The notes under the pieces are model-generated. The model saw only the letters and a program-made list of their open reading frames with translations, had not been told where the DNA came from and searched no databases. This document shows, in pieces, positions 23,502-32,606 of a DNA stretch of 64,000 nt. This DNA comes from an uncultured Nitrososphaerota archaeon (GTDB lineage Archaea; Thermoproteota; Nitrososphaeria; Nitrososphaerales; CADDZS01). Within the stretch, counting starts at the first letter, position 1. Every line of letters starts with the position of its first letter. Location of the stretch: positions 1 through 64,000 of the forward strand of contig CAWCYI010000007.1 of NCBI GenBank assembly GCA_963799845.1, written 5' to 3'. The position numbers were made by a program, and so were the translations under genes.

Positions 23502-23872
23502 CCTTCACATAGACAGCCTTCAGAAATTCAAATAGTCGCTTTGACTTTGAATCTCTGAATTCTTCCAAGCCGCGTCCTTCTGCAAATGGCATGCAAGGTA
23601 TAAAAAAAGTTAAGCAGAATTATCGCCAGAAAAGCCCCTTTCGATGTCGCTGTTTGAGAGCAGAGACCAAGGCGAGAACATTCTCGAAAAACCGAATCAG
23701 TATTTCCGAAAAGGCGGTTACATTTAGTTGAATTCCACAGGTTTTCGGTGCTGCAACTCGCAGTAGAATCGACTTTTCTATTGTGTTGATGAGCCGGGAT
23801 ACGAACTAAGAGGTACTAAGAGTTAGAATTGGATCAAGCGAGGTCCAAATCCCATCCACATTTAACAATTTT

Positions 23873-23919
23873 TTACTAGTAAATTCGTGCGGGGGTCCCT
23901 CATTCGACACTTGGGATTA
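23873..23919 (+). repeat. Hairpin repeat copy E
   Basis: TTACTAGTAAATTCGTGCGGGGGTCCCTCATTCGACACTTGGGATT. Confidence 0.85.
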
Positions 23920-24145
23920 TTCCTTAACGGATTTTATTAGTAAAAAGGTGAGCACAAGGCAGTTTTGCCTAGCAGCAGATTTTCGAGACAATCTCAGTGA
24001 ACCTCCCGTTAGGCTGTGGGAGACCCAGAAGGATATTCAAGGAAGAGATCGAATGTAAATCAAAAATAACTCCTGCTGGATTCGAATCAAACTTACAGCA
24101 AAAGAATGGAGCAAATGCCTAGTCTTCTAAGATTTCGCGACTTGG

Positions 24146-24430
24146 TCAGGAGCCAAAAAAGCGAGAAAGAAAGATAGCTGAGCTTCCTTCTAAGACTTCA
24201 AATGTTTCTGAAGGAAGCAAACCGTGGGCATCCTTGTGAGCTTTTGATATTGCATCCTTATTTGGCGCGTGGGATAGGCAGAATATTGTTCCTTCCTTTT
24301 CATCAAGCCAGTACTTCTCGAATTCGACGCCGTACTTTCCTTGCACTTTAAGATCCTTGGCGTGAGCTTCTGCGACATCTTTGAGTTTGACACCCTTCAT
24401 GTTTTTGTGTACATCAATATACTTGGGCAT
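24146..24430 (-). CDS. DUF4242 (SCO4226-like nickel-binding) protein
   Basis: MPKYIDVH...AEAHAKDLKVQGKYGV...YWLDE..GTIFCL..APN...AHKDAHG. Confidence 0.9.
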   Translation of the reverse strand: MPKYIDVHKNMKGVKLKDVAEAHAKDLKVQGKYGVEFEKYWLDEKEGTIFCLSHAPNKDAISKAHKDAHGLLPSETFEVLEGSSAIFLSRFFGS

Positions 24431-24676
24431 TGATTCGTGCTCGTTATTAATCTGGTTTTTATAGATTCCTTTGGCCTCGCTCTTGGTTAGGGTACAGAGA
24501 TAAATCCAACCGAATCAATATGAATAATCACCAGATTTGTTCGTCTGTTTCATGAATCTCGAATAGCCAACAATTGCTCCCAAGGAGATCCGTTTGAAAT
24601 GCTCGATCTTTTCATTTTATTTTCGTTATCCTTACGAGAGACAATGGAACACGTGGATAATCCTTGGCCAACCCCA

Positions 24677-24731
24677 TTTCATGTAAATTCTTTTTCAAAT
24701 CCCACATTCCGCACTCGGGATTTACTAGTAA
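24677..24731 (+). repeat. Hairpin repeat copy F (plus partial copy near 24799-24820)
   Basis: TTTCATGTAAATTCTTTTTCAAATCCCACATTCCGCACTCGGGATTTACTAGTAA. Confidence 0.85.
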
Positions 24732-24925
24732 AGACGTGTCCGAGTTCAGTTACTTACTTGAGTTCTAGATCTGCGGATTTGCAAAGGTAGTTGTATTTTT
24801 TACTCGTAAATTTGGGTCCTGATGACAAACGAGCTTTCGCCCAACCAGATTATCGTCATTGATAATCGTGTTTGGAATTTAAGTACGAGCCGTTTGTTAC
24901 ATCTTTTAGAGATTAAATAGAATTG

Positions 24926-25768
24926 ATGAACGAGGGCTCCCGAGACTAGATATACCAGGACTAACGAAAACAGAGCAAACTCTCAAACAGTTGAAGACTC
25001 TTGGAAAGGACTCTACCGAATTGGCGGATATGCTGCCCTAATGGCTTTGGCGATCGGTACTGATTGAGGGTATCGCAGATTTCATCATTCAGATTGTCTG
25101 GTTGAACTCGGGGAGTTACGGGGCTAGTTCCGGTCTGCAACCCAGCACCGTAATCGGATGGTTCCAGCTGTTTCAGAACAATCGGCTCGCAGGACTCATC
25201 GACGGTGCTGTCTTGGATATTGCAGTTGTCGTCCTCTTGGCCCCCATATTCGTTGCCCTCTTTGCTGCCCTCAGACGAGCCAATGAAGCCTGGGTAGCAA
25301 TATCTACGTCCCTCGCCTTCGTAGGCATTGCTGCTTACATACCAACCAACACGGCCTTTTCTTTGCTTTACGTCAGCGACCAGTACGCGGCTGCGTCCAC
25401 GGATGCTCCTCTTGGCAGCAGGCCAGGCGACAATCGCCGCGGGTGGGAACGGCCTGGTTGAGAGCAAGGGGTTCATTCTCGTTGCCGTGGCCGGCCTGAT
25501 CGTCGCAGTGGTCATGCGCAGGAGCAAGATCTTCGGCAGAGCGACCTCGTGGGTCGGGGTCTTTGCGAATGGGCTCCTCATTGCGAATTACGTCTGCCTT
25601 GCCTTCATATCGGCGGCATCCGACTTCTCAACGGGCCTTTTCGCTGCTGCCTCGATTTTGGTGTTCATATGGTGGCTCTTGATTGCCCGCAAACTACTTC
25701 AGCTTGGACGGGGTGCCTCTAAGAGAGACAGGGTGAAATTGGAATCCCCGCGAGGTGCCGTCAGCTGA
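24926..25768 (+). CDS. DUF4386-like membrane protein, frameshifted
   Basis: WKGLYRIGG, WFQLFQNNRLAGL, SLLYVSDQYAAAST, LLAAGQA, IFGRATSWVG across frames. Confidence 0.65.
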
Positions 25769-25872
25769 CGCGACCCTTCGTTCATTAGATACAGGCTCGG
25801 CGCGCAACTAGGCAATTAGTCTGAGGTCAAGTGGTGGCTTCGGTCGAATTTGAACCTGTTTGATTAAGGTGA

Positions 25873-25897
25873 ATTTTACTAGTAAGCCCAAACCCAA
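25873..25897 (-). repeat. Inverted partial repeat copy G
   Basis: TTTACTAGTAAGCCCAAACCCAA closely matches the reverse complement of the left flank and end of copy A. Confidence 0.65.
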
Positions 25898-26236
25898 TAA
25901 CAATTTCCAACTGCACTATTGTAAGGAAATCTACAAGCACTAGAATAGATGCAATTGAAGTAAGCGCAGTGAAAAGTAATAGATTTACGAGATCCGTGCT
26001 CACGCTTACAAATAACAATAACATCGAAATACAGAGCGCTGAGCAAAAATTTGAACGCTCAAAAAAAAGAGGGCGAACAAAAGCGCCTAACTATTCGAAC
26101 CGGAGCACTGGTCGCTACTAAATAAAGTTGCCTTTTCAAAATCTTTTTGGAATCCAAAATACAATGAAAATGCTTTGTGAAAAAATAGAAATGTGATTAA
26201 TGAAAGCGAATGCCCCAGATGTTCGGACGTCAAGTT

Positions 26237-26291
26237 TTACTGGTAAATTCGTGCGGGGGTCCCACATTCCACACTCGGAGTGTGTTACCAA
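26237..26291 (+). repeat. Hairpin repeat copy H
   Basis: TTACTGGTAAATTCGTGCGGGGGTCCCACATTCCACACTCGG. Confidence 0.85.
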
Positions 26292-26339
26292 ACACCTCTC
26301 TGACATAATCCTGTGCACTAATCTCAGAATTTTTTGTTT

Positions 26340-26410
26340 GGAGGTAACATGATGAACCTAACTAGGTGTGGATACCATCCCCTCATACGAACATACGTAG
26401 GTTCCTGTTT
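26340..26410 (+). other. att junction between modules 1 and 2
   Basis: GGAGGTAACATGATGAACCTAACTAGGTGTGGATA-CCATCCCCTC, followed by a degenerate left arm ACATACGTAGGTTCCTGTTT. Confidence 0.75.
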
Positions 26411-26442
26411 TTGTATGGTGTAGAAAAAATTCACCCGTCTCA

Positions 26443-27561
26443 TTATCGAACTCTAGGGACGTACTTAACTCTGAAGTATCTCAGGCATTCCCGATAGTGT
26501 TCTCTTTTAATTACCGTTCTTAACCGCTCGTATGTCACCTTTCTACAGATTCCATTCTCGGTGTTGTTTACGAGTATGAATTTTCGGTCTCCTCCGTCCT
26601 CCTCGTTCAAGTCCATAGCCGCATGACCAGTGGTACCCGAGCCAGCAAAGAAATCCAGCACTAACGCATCATTCCCCGCTGCTGCCCGTACAAGCTCCTT
26701 TACAAGTTTCATGGGTTTAGGAGTCTGAAAGATGTCTCTTCTCCCGAGAATTTCTTTGAGCTCGTCTTTGGCTGAAGATGTTGCCCCCAGCCCCTTCAAT
26801 ATCGTTTCCATCTGACTCCGAGTCTCGACGTACTCCTCACCGCTCAGATGTAAAGGCATCATCATGACGTTGAGGTTGGTCTTCTTCCTGTCCTTGAAAC
26901 ACACAAAGATGTTTTCGTGTACGATTTTGATGTCGTGGAATGGTCTTTCAACGCGATTCTGATCAAACCTGGGATCTATCTTGGGCCAAACCAAGACGAC
27001 GACGTTGGCTTCGCCAAAAATACTTTGACACAAAAGGAGGAGTGGACCAGTTTCATGCTCATCAACGTGAATGAACATCACACCATTTCGTGACAGGAGG
27101 CTATACGCAACGCGGAGCCTCTTGTCCATGAAACTGAGCCACTTGCTATGAACGTACGCATCGGCCGGGTCAACATAGTTGTAATCATCGTAATTCAAGG
27201 ATTCTAGACCTGTGTTGTACGGAGGGTCGACGTAGATCACGTTCACCTCTCCTGAGTATAACTTTGTCAGCCAACCGAGGACTGCGAGATTCTCCCCTTC
27301 TATCAATAGGTTAAACCTCTTGCCATGTTTGATTGCCAGTTTCCTTTGCTCGACCAGCTCGACGTCGCTCTCCTCCAAAATCCTCTCTATTTCTTCCGAA
27401 TGTCCTTCGAAGACGAGGCCGTACCTAGTTTCGACTAACTCCTTCTCCAACTCATCCATATAACGCAACAGAGACGGATCGCCCGACGTCTTCCTCACGA
27501 AATTTCTAACAGCGGATATGTGGCTTTGCAGTTCGCTCTTCCTCTTTTTTGAAAGGTTCAT
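26443..27561 (-). CDS. Type III Mod-like (beta-class) adenine DNA methyltransferase
   Basis: RYGLVFE, NLLIEGENL, IYVDPPYNTG, HSKWLSFM, TPKP, VLDFFAGSGTTGHA, RKFILV. Confidence 0.9.
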   Translation of the reverse strand: MNLSKKRKSELQSHISAVRNFVRKTSGDPSLLRYMDELEKELVETRYGLVFEGHSEEIERILEESDVELVEQRKLAIKHGKRFNLLIEGENLAVLGWLTKLYSGEVNVIYVDPPYNTGLESLNYDDYNYVDPADAYVHSKWLSFMDKRLRVAYSLLSRNGVMFIHVDEHETGPLLLLCQSIFGEANVVVLVWPKIDPRFDQNRVERPFHDIKIVHENIFVCFKDRKKTNLNVMMMPLHLSGEEYVETRSQMETILKGLGATSSAKDELKEILGRRDIFQTPKPMKLVKELVRAAAGNDALVLDFFAGSGTTGHAAMDLNEEDGGDRKFILVNNTENGICRKVTYERLRTVIKREHYRECLRYFRVKYVPRVR

Positions 27562-27797
27562 GTTGTCACTCTGCTCTCCTTCCCATTCATGGCGGCTCCT
27601 GTGCAACCCTTCAAGCTGAGCTCTTCGCACGGGCGAAGTTCACAAGGAGGGGACTTGGGTGATGACTTTGGGTGATGAGAACGGACGTTTATGTAAATCA
27701 GGGCTCGGGAGAGACCCAATGTTCGCATCGTTGAACCTCTCAATATGCTTTATCTGGTGATATCCATCAAGAGAAGAGAGCTGCAGATAGGCCGGAC

Positions 27798-28586
27798 ATG
27801 ACGTTCAAGATTGGAGTTTCAATATACAGCATACAAGACCGGTCAATTGAACTGCTCTTGGAATTCGTTGCGAGGAACCACTTCGAGTCGGTGGAACTCT
27901 GGTCGACTGATCTGACCCATGAGAATGACAAGACATTAAGGGCACTGTCTGCCGATGGTCGAACTATTTCTGTTCATGGGCCACTGTTGGATCTGGGAAA
28001 GGGAGAATCTCTTGAGGACAACATTGGGACATTATGCGAAACTGTCGATCTTGCAAACAAGTGCAATGCGCGCATCTTGGTATTACACACAGGGATCATA
28101 GACCGGACTAGCCCATCGGAGTTGGCAGAGGGGATCAAAGTGGCTGAAAGGGTATTGTCCGCGGTCAGCAATCATGCAAAGGAGAAGCACGTTTTCGTCT
28201 GTTTGGAAAATGAAGGCTATCATGAGAACGATCTTATCAAGGACTTCCAGCAGCTCCTCGACCTTGTCAAGACTTCGCCGTCGTCCTCTGTCGGTGTAGT
28301 ATTCGACCTCTCTCACGCTAATGTCTCTGGCGGGGTCCGGAACGGTCTAGAGATTCTTGGAGAGAATATCAGACATGTTCACATTGCAGACAATCTGGGA
28401 CAAGTGAAGGGTCACCACATGCCTCTTGGACAAGGAAATATCGACTTTGGTTTTTTGAAAGAACTGTCTGACCCTGGTGAACTAACTGCCATACTGGAGA
28501 TAGAGCCGAGCGTCGAGTGGGAGAAGAACCTACTTCACAGCAGAGAAATCCTGTGTGAAAAGTTGTTAGGATGTTCAAGCCCATGA
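27798..28586 (+). CDS. Sugar phosphate isomerase/epimerase (AP endonuclease 2 / xylose isomerase-like TIM barrel)
   Basis: SVHGP, LVLHTG, CLENEG, FDLSHA, HVHIADN, HMPLGQGNIDF, ILE. Confidence 0.85.
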   Translation: MTFKIGVSIYSIQDRSIELLLEFVARNHFESVELWSTDLTHENDKTLRALSADGRTISVHGPLLDLGKGESLEDNIGTLCETVDLANKCNARILVLHTGIIDRTSPSELAEGIKVAERVLSAVSNHAKEKHVFVCLENEGYHENDLIKDFQQLLDLVKTSPSSSVGVVFDLSHANVSGGVRNGLEILGENIRHVHIADNLGQVKGHHMPLGQGNIDFGFLKELSDPGELTAILEIEPSVEWEKNLLHSREILCEKLLGCSSP

Positions 28587-29256
28587 AACAAGCCGTAACC
28601 GATCCTCAAGAGTGATCCGGACGAGACCATTTCGTTCTCACGACATGGTGTAGAGACCTTGTGGAGAAAAAAATCCCTCATACGAGATTATCCCCCTTTT
28701 TATGATAACGTGACACTCACATTGCTATGTGAGAATGCACGTTCCCCGACAACAGTGTTCTTTGGCAAGCTCAGATCAATCAATTTTGTGCAACCGTAGA
28801 ACGCCCAATCATCCACATGAGCCACACTTCCGGGGATGTTAACTTTCGACAGGTTGGTGCAGTTAGCGAAGGCTCCTTTCGAAATGCTTTCCACTCCGCT
28901 CGAAACCGTCACGTACTTGAGGTTCTCGCAACCAAAGAAGGCGCTACGCCCTATTGTCCTTACTGTCTCTGGGACGACAAACTCCTCCGCAGGGTTACTC
29001 ATCGAATAGTACATTAGCTTGGTCCTATCCTTGTCATACAACACACCTTTCTCGTATAGGAAATTGGAACTATTGTTGGTCAGAGACAATGAGGGGCAGT
29101 TAGCAAAGGGGTTGTATCCGATGACCTTGACACTGCTCGGAATGGTCAGGTTTGACAGATTGATACAACCGTAGAACGAATGCCTTTGAATCGTCGTGAC
29201 CCCCGCCGGGATATCGAAGGACTTCGAGGGACTGTTTATCGCAAAATAAAAAATTG

Positions 29257-30755
29257 GTAAGCATTTAGTGTTTTGAAGCTCCTAGGCCGAAAGACATTTG
29301 GCCGAGTCTTGTTTTCATTTGTACCGCAAGACTCTTGCCGACCGTTGAGGAGGAGATTGATGTCGAGAATGACAAGCTCAGGAAGGAGCTTTCCAGACTC
29401 AAAGAGGAAAACAAAGAGCTGAAGGAAAAGTTATCCGGCTTCGAAGAGAAGTACAAACTCGTCGTCGAAGAAAACAAACAGCTGCATGAAGAGCTCTCCT
29501 CGCTCAAGACAACGGTATCAGCCGTTGTTGCAAGAGGAATAGGAGCAAAGGCAGACTCCTCCTCCAATCACAAGAAGACGAGACCACCAGGCAGGAAGAA
29601 CGGCCATGAGGGGAAGAGCAGAAGGAGGCCTCTGCACATTGACGCAAGAATCGAGCTTGACCAGACAACCTGTCCGAAGTGCGGCGGGCATCTCTCTGAA
29701 GATCCAACGGATGAATACACCAGGGTGGTCGAGGACATTGTTCCTGCGAGACTCGTTGCAACTGAGTACGTTATCAAGAGGCGGTACTGCAAGAGGTGTG
29801 GAGGGCAGGTCTCTCCCGCCATTCCAAACGTGATTGGTGGAGGAAGCAATGAAAGATTCGGTCTGCGTCTCATGCTCCTCGTAGTTTCACTGAAACTGCT
29901 CGGGTTGTCATACGCAAAGATTAGTTCACTCTTCAAGCTGCTCTTCAATCTGGAGATGACTGATGCGGCGATAGAACACTCCGTATCCAAGGTCGCAGAA
30001 GCTTTTGGTCCGGTGTACGATCAGCTCATTTCTGATATCAGAAGGGAGAAGAGTCTCAACGGAGATGAAACGAGCTGGAGGATCAAGGGAAAGAACCACT
30101 GGCTGTGGGCGTTCGTAGGAAAATGGTCTGTCGTCTACGAGATAGCAAATTCAAGGGGCAGGGATGTACCACTCGAGATTCTCGGGAGTGACTATCCTGG
30201 AACCGTGATAAGCGATTCGTGGCCGGCGTGGAACTACGTCGGTAAAAAGCACCAGAGGTGCCTGCAGCACTACCGAAGAGACGTGGATGACACTCTCACC
30301 TACAAGAGTCCCGGGATAGAATTTCTTGCATTTGCAAAGAAGCTCAAACGCATACTGAACGACGCGATAAAGGTGGGAAGGAGAGTAAATGTGAAGAGCG
30401 ATCGCCTAAATACAAAGAAGAGGCTCGAAAGGAGGATGGAGACACTCGTCGAAGCGTACTCATCCACTGGAGAAAAGAACTGCAAGAGGTTCTTGAAGCG
30501 CCTCAATCGAGAGAAGGATATGCTCTTCACCTTTCTCGAAGAAAAGGGAGTTGATTGGAACAACAACGCAGCTGAGAGAGCGGTAAGACCGAGTGTAGTG
30601 ATTAGAAAAATAACCTATGGCAACCAATCGACTAACGGAGCCGATGCCCACAAGGTGCTGATGAGTGTCAGAGAGACTTGCAATCTGAGAAAACTTAACT
30701 TCTATGATTACGCGCTCGACTACCTGAATTCAGCTTCAGAACGGTAACCTCTTAC
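29257..30755 (+). mobile_element. IS66-family element (single ORF, ISBst12-like)
   Basis: TIRs GTAAGCATTTAGTGTTTTGAAGCT / GTAAGAGGTTACCGTTCTGAAGCT (18/24); 8-bp TSD AAAAATTG at 29249-29256 and 30756-30763. Confidence 0.95.
29335..30747 (+). CDS. IS66-family transposase
   Basis: Coiled coil, GRKNGHEG, CPKCG/CKRCG zinc finger, GDETSW, ISDSW, QRCLQHYRR, NNAAERAVRP. Confidence 0.95.
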   Translation: MPTVEEEIDVENDKLRKELSRLKEENKELKEKLSGFEEKYKLVVEENKQLHEELSSLKTTVSAVVARGIGAKADSSSNHKKTRPPGRKNGHEGKSRRRPLHIDARIELDQTTCPKCGGHLSEDPTDEYTRVVEDIVPARLVATEYVIKRRYCKRCGGQVSPAIPNVIGGGSNERFGLRLMLLVVSLKLLGLSYAKISSLFKLLFNLEMTDAAIEHSVSKVAEAFGPVYDQLISDIRREKSLNGDETSWRIKGKNHWLWAFVGKWSVVYEIANSRGRDVPLEILGSDYPGTVISDSWPAWNYVGKKHQRCLQHYRRDVDDTLTYKSPGIEFLAFAKKLKRILNDAIKVGRRVNVKSDRLNTKKRLERRMETLVEAYSSTGEKNCKRFLKRLNREKDMLFTFLEEKGVDWNNNAAERAVRPSVVIRKITYGNQSTNGADAHKVLMSVRETCNLRKLNFYDYALDYLNSASER

Positions 30756-31972
30756 AAAAATTGAAGTCTTGCTCCTATCATATAGGGCGTCATTCTCTAA
30801 GACAAAGTTGGGACTGTGGTTCACAAGTTTGACGGAAGGGCAGTTCGAGAAAGGATTGTTCTCCACAATCTCTACACTTTCTGGGATGATGATGGTCCTG
30901 AGGGCCGAGCACCCATGAATGGAGTGCTTTCCGATGCTGACGATGCTTCCTGGAATATCTAAGATAGTGGCGTTGCTCTTCATCGAGTAATAGATTAGTG
31001 TAGTTTTCTCCTTATCATACAGCGCATCGTCTTCAAGGACGAAATTGGGACTCCTGTTCTCAAGATCCAATGATGGGCAGTTAGAGAATGGATTGTCCCC
31101 GATCTGGGAGACATTTTGCGGTATGGTCAGATTTGCGAGGTTAGTGCAGTCGCAGAAAGTGTCGCCGCCTAGGCTTGTAAGGCCCTCTGGGAGCGTAACG
31201 TTGACGATTTCGGAGTGGTCCCAGAAAACCCCATTTCGGAGCTTCCTTACACTGCTAGGGATGCGCACGCTCCTGCCTTTTCCGAGGTATCTGTTCAGCT
31301 CGTTGTTCTCTATCAGATATTCGAAAGTCCTTGTAGTATCCTCACTTTTCGGTTCCCCGCTCTTGTCCATTCTCGCCTCAGGACGAATATGGTAAGGCTC
31401 GATGTCATCCTCGAATAGCCCAGTCGTACTTGAAACGACTCCGCTTTCAAGACCGCGCCCCTGAATCAGGCGATTACCTGTTGTAAGCGGGAATATTGTG
31501 TATCCGCAATCGATTAATCCTGATCGTAGAGTGGAAGCGTACACGCATAGAATCTGGAATTGTTCATTTTGACCTGCGATTCTGACTGGGTGGCCGATGA
31601 GTGATCTAATTGCCCTAACCTCCTTTTCGTATTCGTCGTCATCCCATCGCCGGCACTTGATTCCAATTAGCCAGTTACCGAACTCATCCTTGATCGCAAT
31701 GTCACAACCATCACTGTATCCCACATGCAGATCCCAAGGACGAAAACCCTTCACCAAAAGCCTGTCGACACATTCAACGATGACGAAATTCCTTTGAGAG
31801 AACTCTCCCACTGCGCGATCACCCAGTTGTAGCTTGTCACCGTAATCGATGACTTCCTCAGCCAGATCGACCTTAATGATGTATGAGTCAAGATACCTTT
31901 TCGCATAGAAATTCCCAGAGACCTTACGGTATCCAAGCTTCCAGAAGTAGTTCCGATAATTCAGGATGTCGC

Positions 31973-32581
31973 TCATGTAGTCGAGGTCCGGCTCCGACTA
32001 TCAGATTTCAGGAGCGGACGCAAGGATTCGATCATGACCTTCACAACACCATCCACGCTGAGTTGTGTGGTATCTATCATTTTGTGTTTCATGTTGTACC
32101 TGATAAGGAAGTCTTCCATCTTATCCTTGGACTCTTTGTAACGAGTTGTCTTCGGAACGTCAGGGTCAACTGGGTCTCTTTTATGAAGCCTCTTCACCCC
32201 TGCCTCCTGAGTGGCCCATAAGAGAAATGTGTAGTCCGGTTTGCCGATCAAGCCGATCAAACATTGAAAAATGGGCTCGGTCTTTTTTCCGCCGCACCAG
32301 AAATAGTTTGATAGCAGATGTCTGTCAGTGATAATGTTCTCTCCCTCAAATTTGTGGTACAGATATATGTTACCTAGTCCGTAAAACCACGCTCTTAGGA
32401 CGTCGTCGTCCTCCTGTTTATTGATGTAGTCTCTGATCCGGATGTAATTAGTGAAACGCTTGTCGGAATCGAAGATGTAATGTAGGGGCTTCTCGACGAA
32501 TTTGAAGTGTAATTTATCGGCCAGTTTCTTCCCCGCAGTGGTTTTCCCAACGCCATCCATTCCCTCTATTGCGATGTGCAT
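31973..32581 (-). CDS. Thymidylate/deoxynucleotide monophosphate kinase family
   Basis: IAIEGMDGVGKTT P-loop, ITDRH, KPDYTFLL. Confidence 0.85.
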   Translation of the reverse strand: MHIAIEGMDGVGKTTAGKKLADKLHFKFVEKPLHYIFDSDKRFTNYIRIRDYINKQEDDDVLRAWFYGLGNIYLYHKFEGENIITDRHLLSNYFWCGGKKTEPIFQCLIGLIGKPDYTFLLWATQEAGVKRLHKRDPVDPDVPKTTRYKESKDKMEDFLIRYNMKHKMIDTTQLSVDGVVKVMIESLRPLLKSDSRSRTSTT

Positions 32582-32606
32582 GATATCTCTCCTACTAGTC
32601 AGGGAG

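Larger units (their letters stand above)
28700..31976 (-). pseudogene. Restriction-nuclease-like N-terminal domain fused to BspA-type leucine-rich repeats, split by IS66 (~589 aa when reconstituted)
   Basis: Removing the IS and one TSD joins ...KTSIF to YFAINSPSKSFDIPAGVTTIQRHSFYGC... in frame; repeats IP.SV..IG.NPF.NC. Confidence 0.85.

Noticed and set aside
23810-23860. Additional att site (GGTCCAAATCCCATCC)
   Set aside because: Resembles 8796-8811, but the arm motif and 35-bp spacing are absent; possibly a degenerate relic, not called
11986-26291. CRISPR array interpretation of the 55-bp repeats
   Set aside because: Spacing is irregular (tens of bp to kb), whole genes lie between copies, and no cas genes are present
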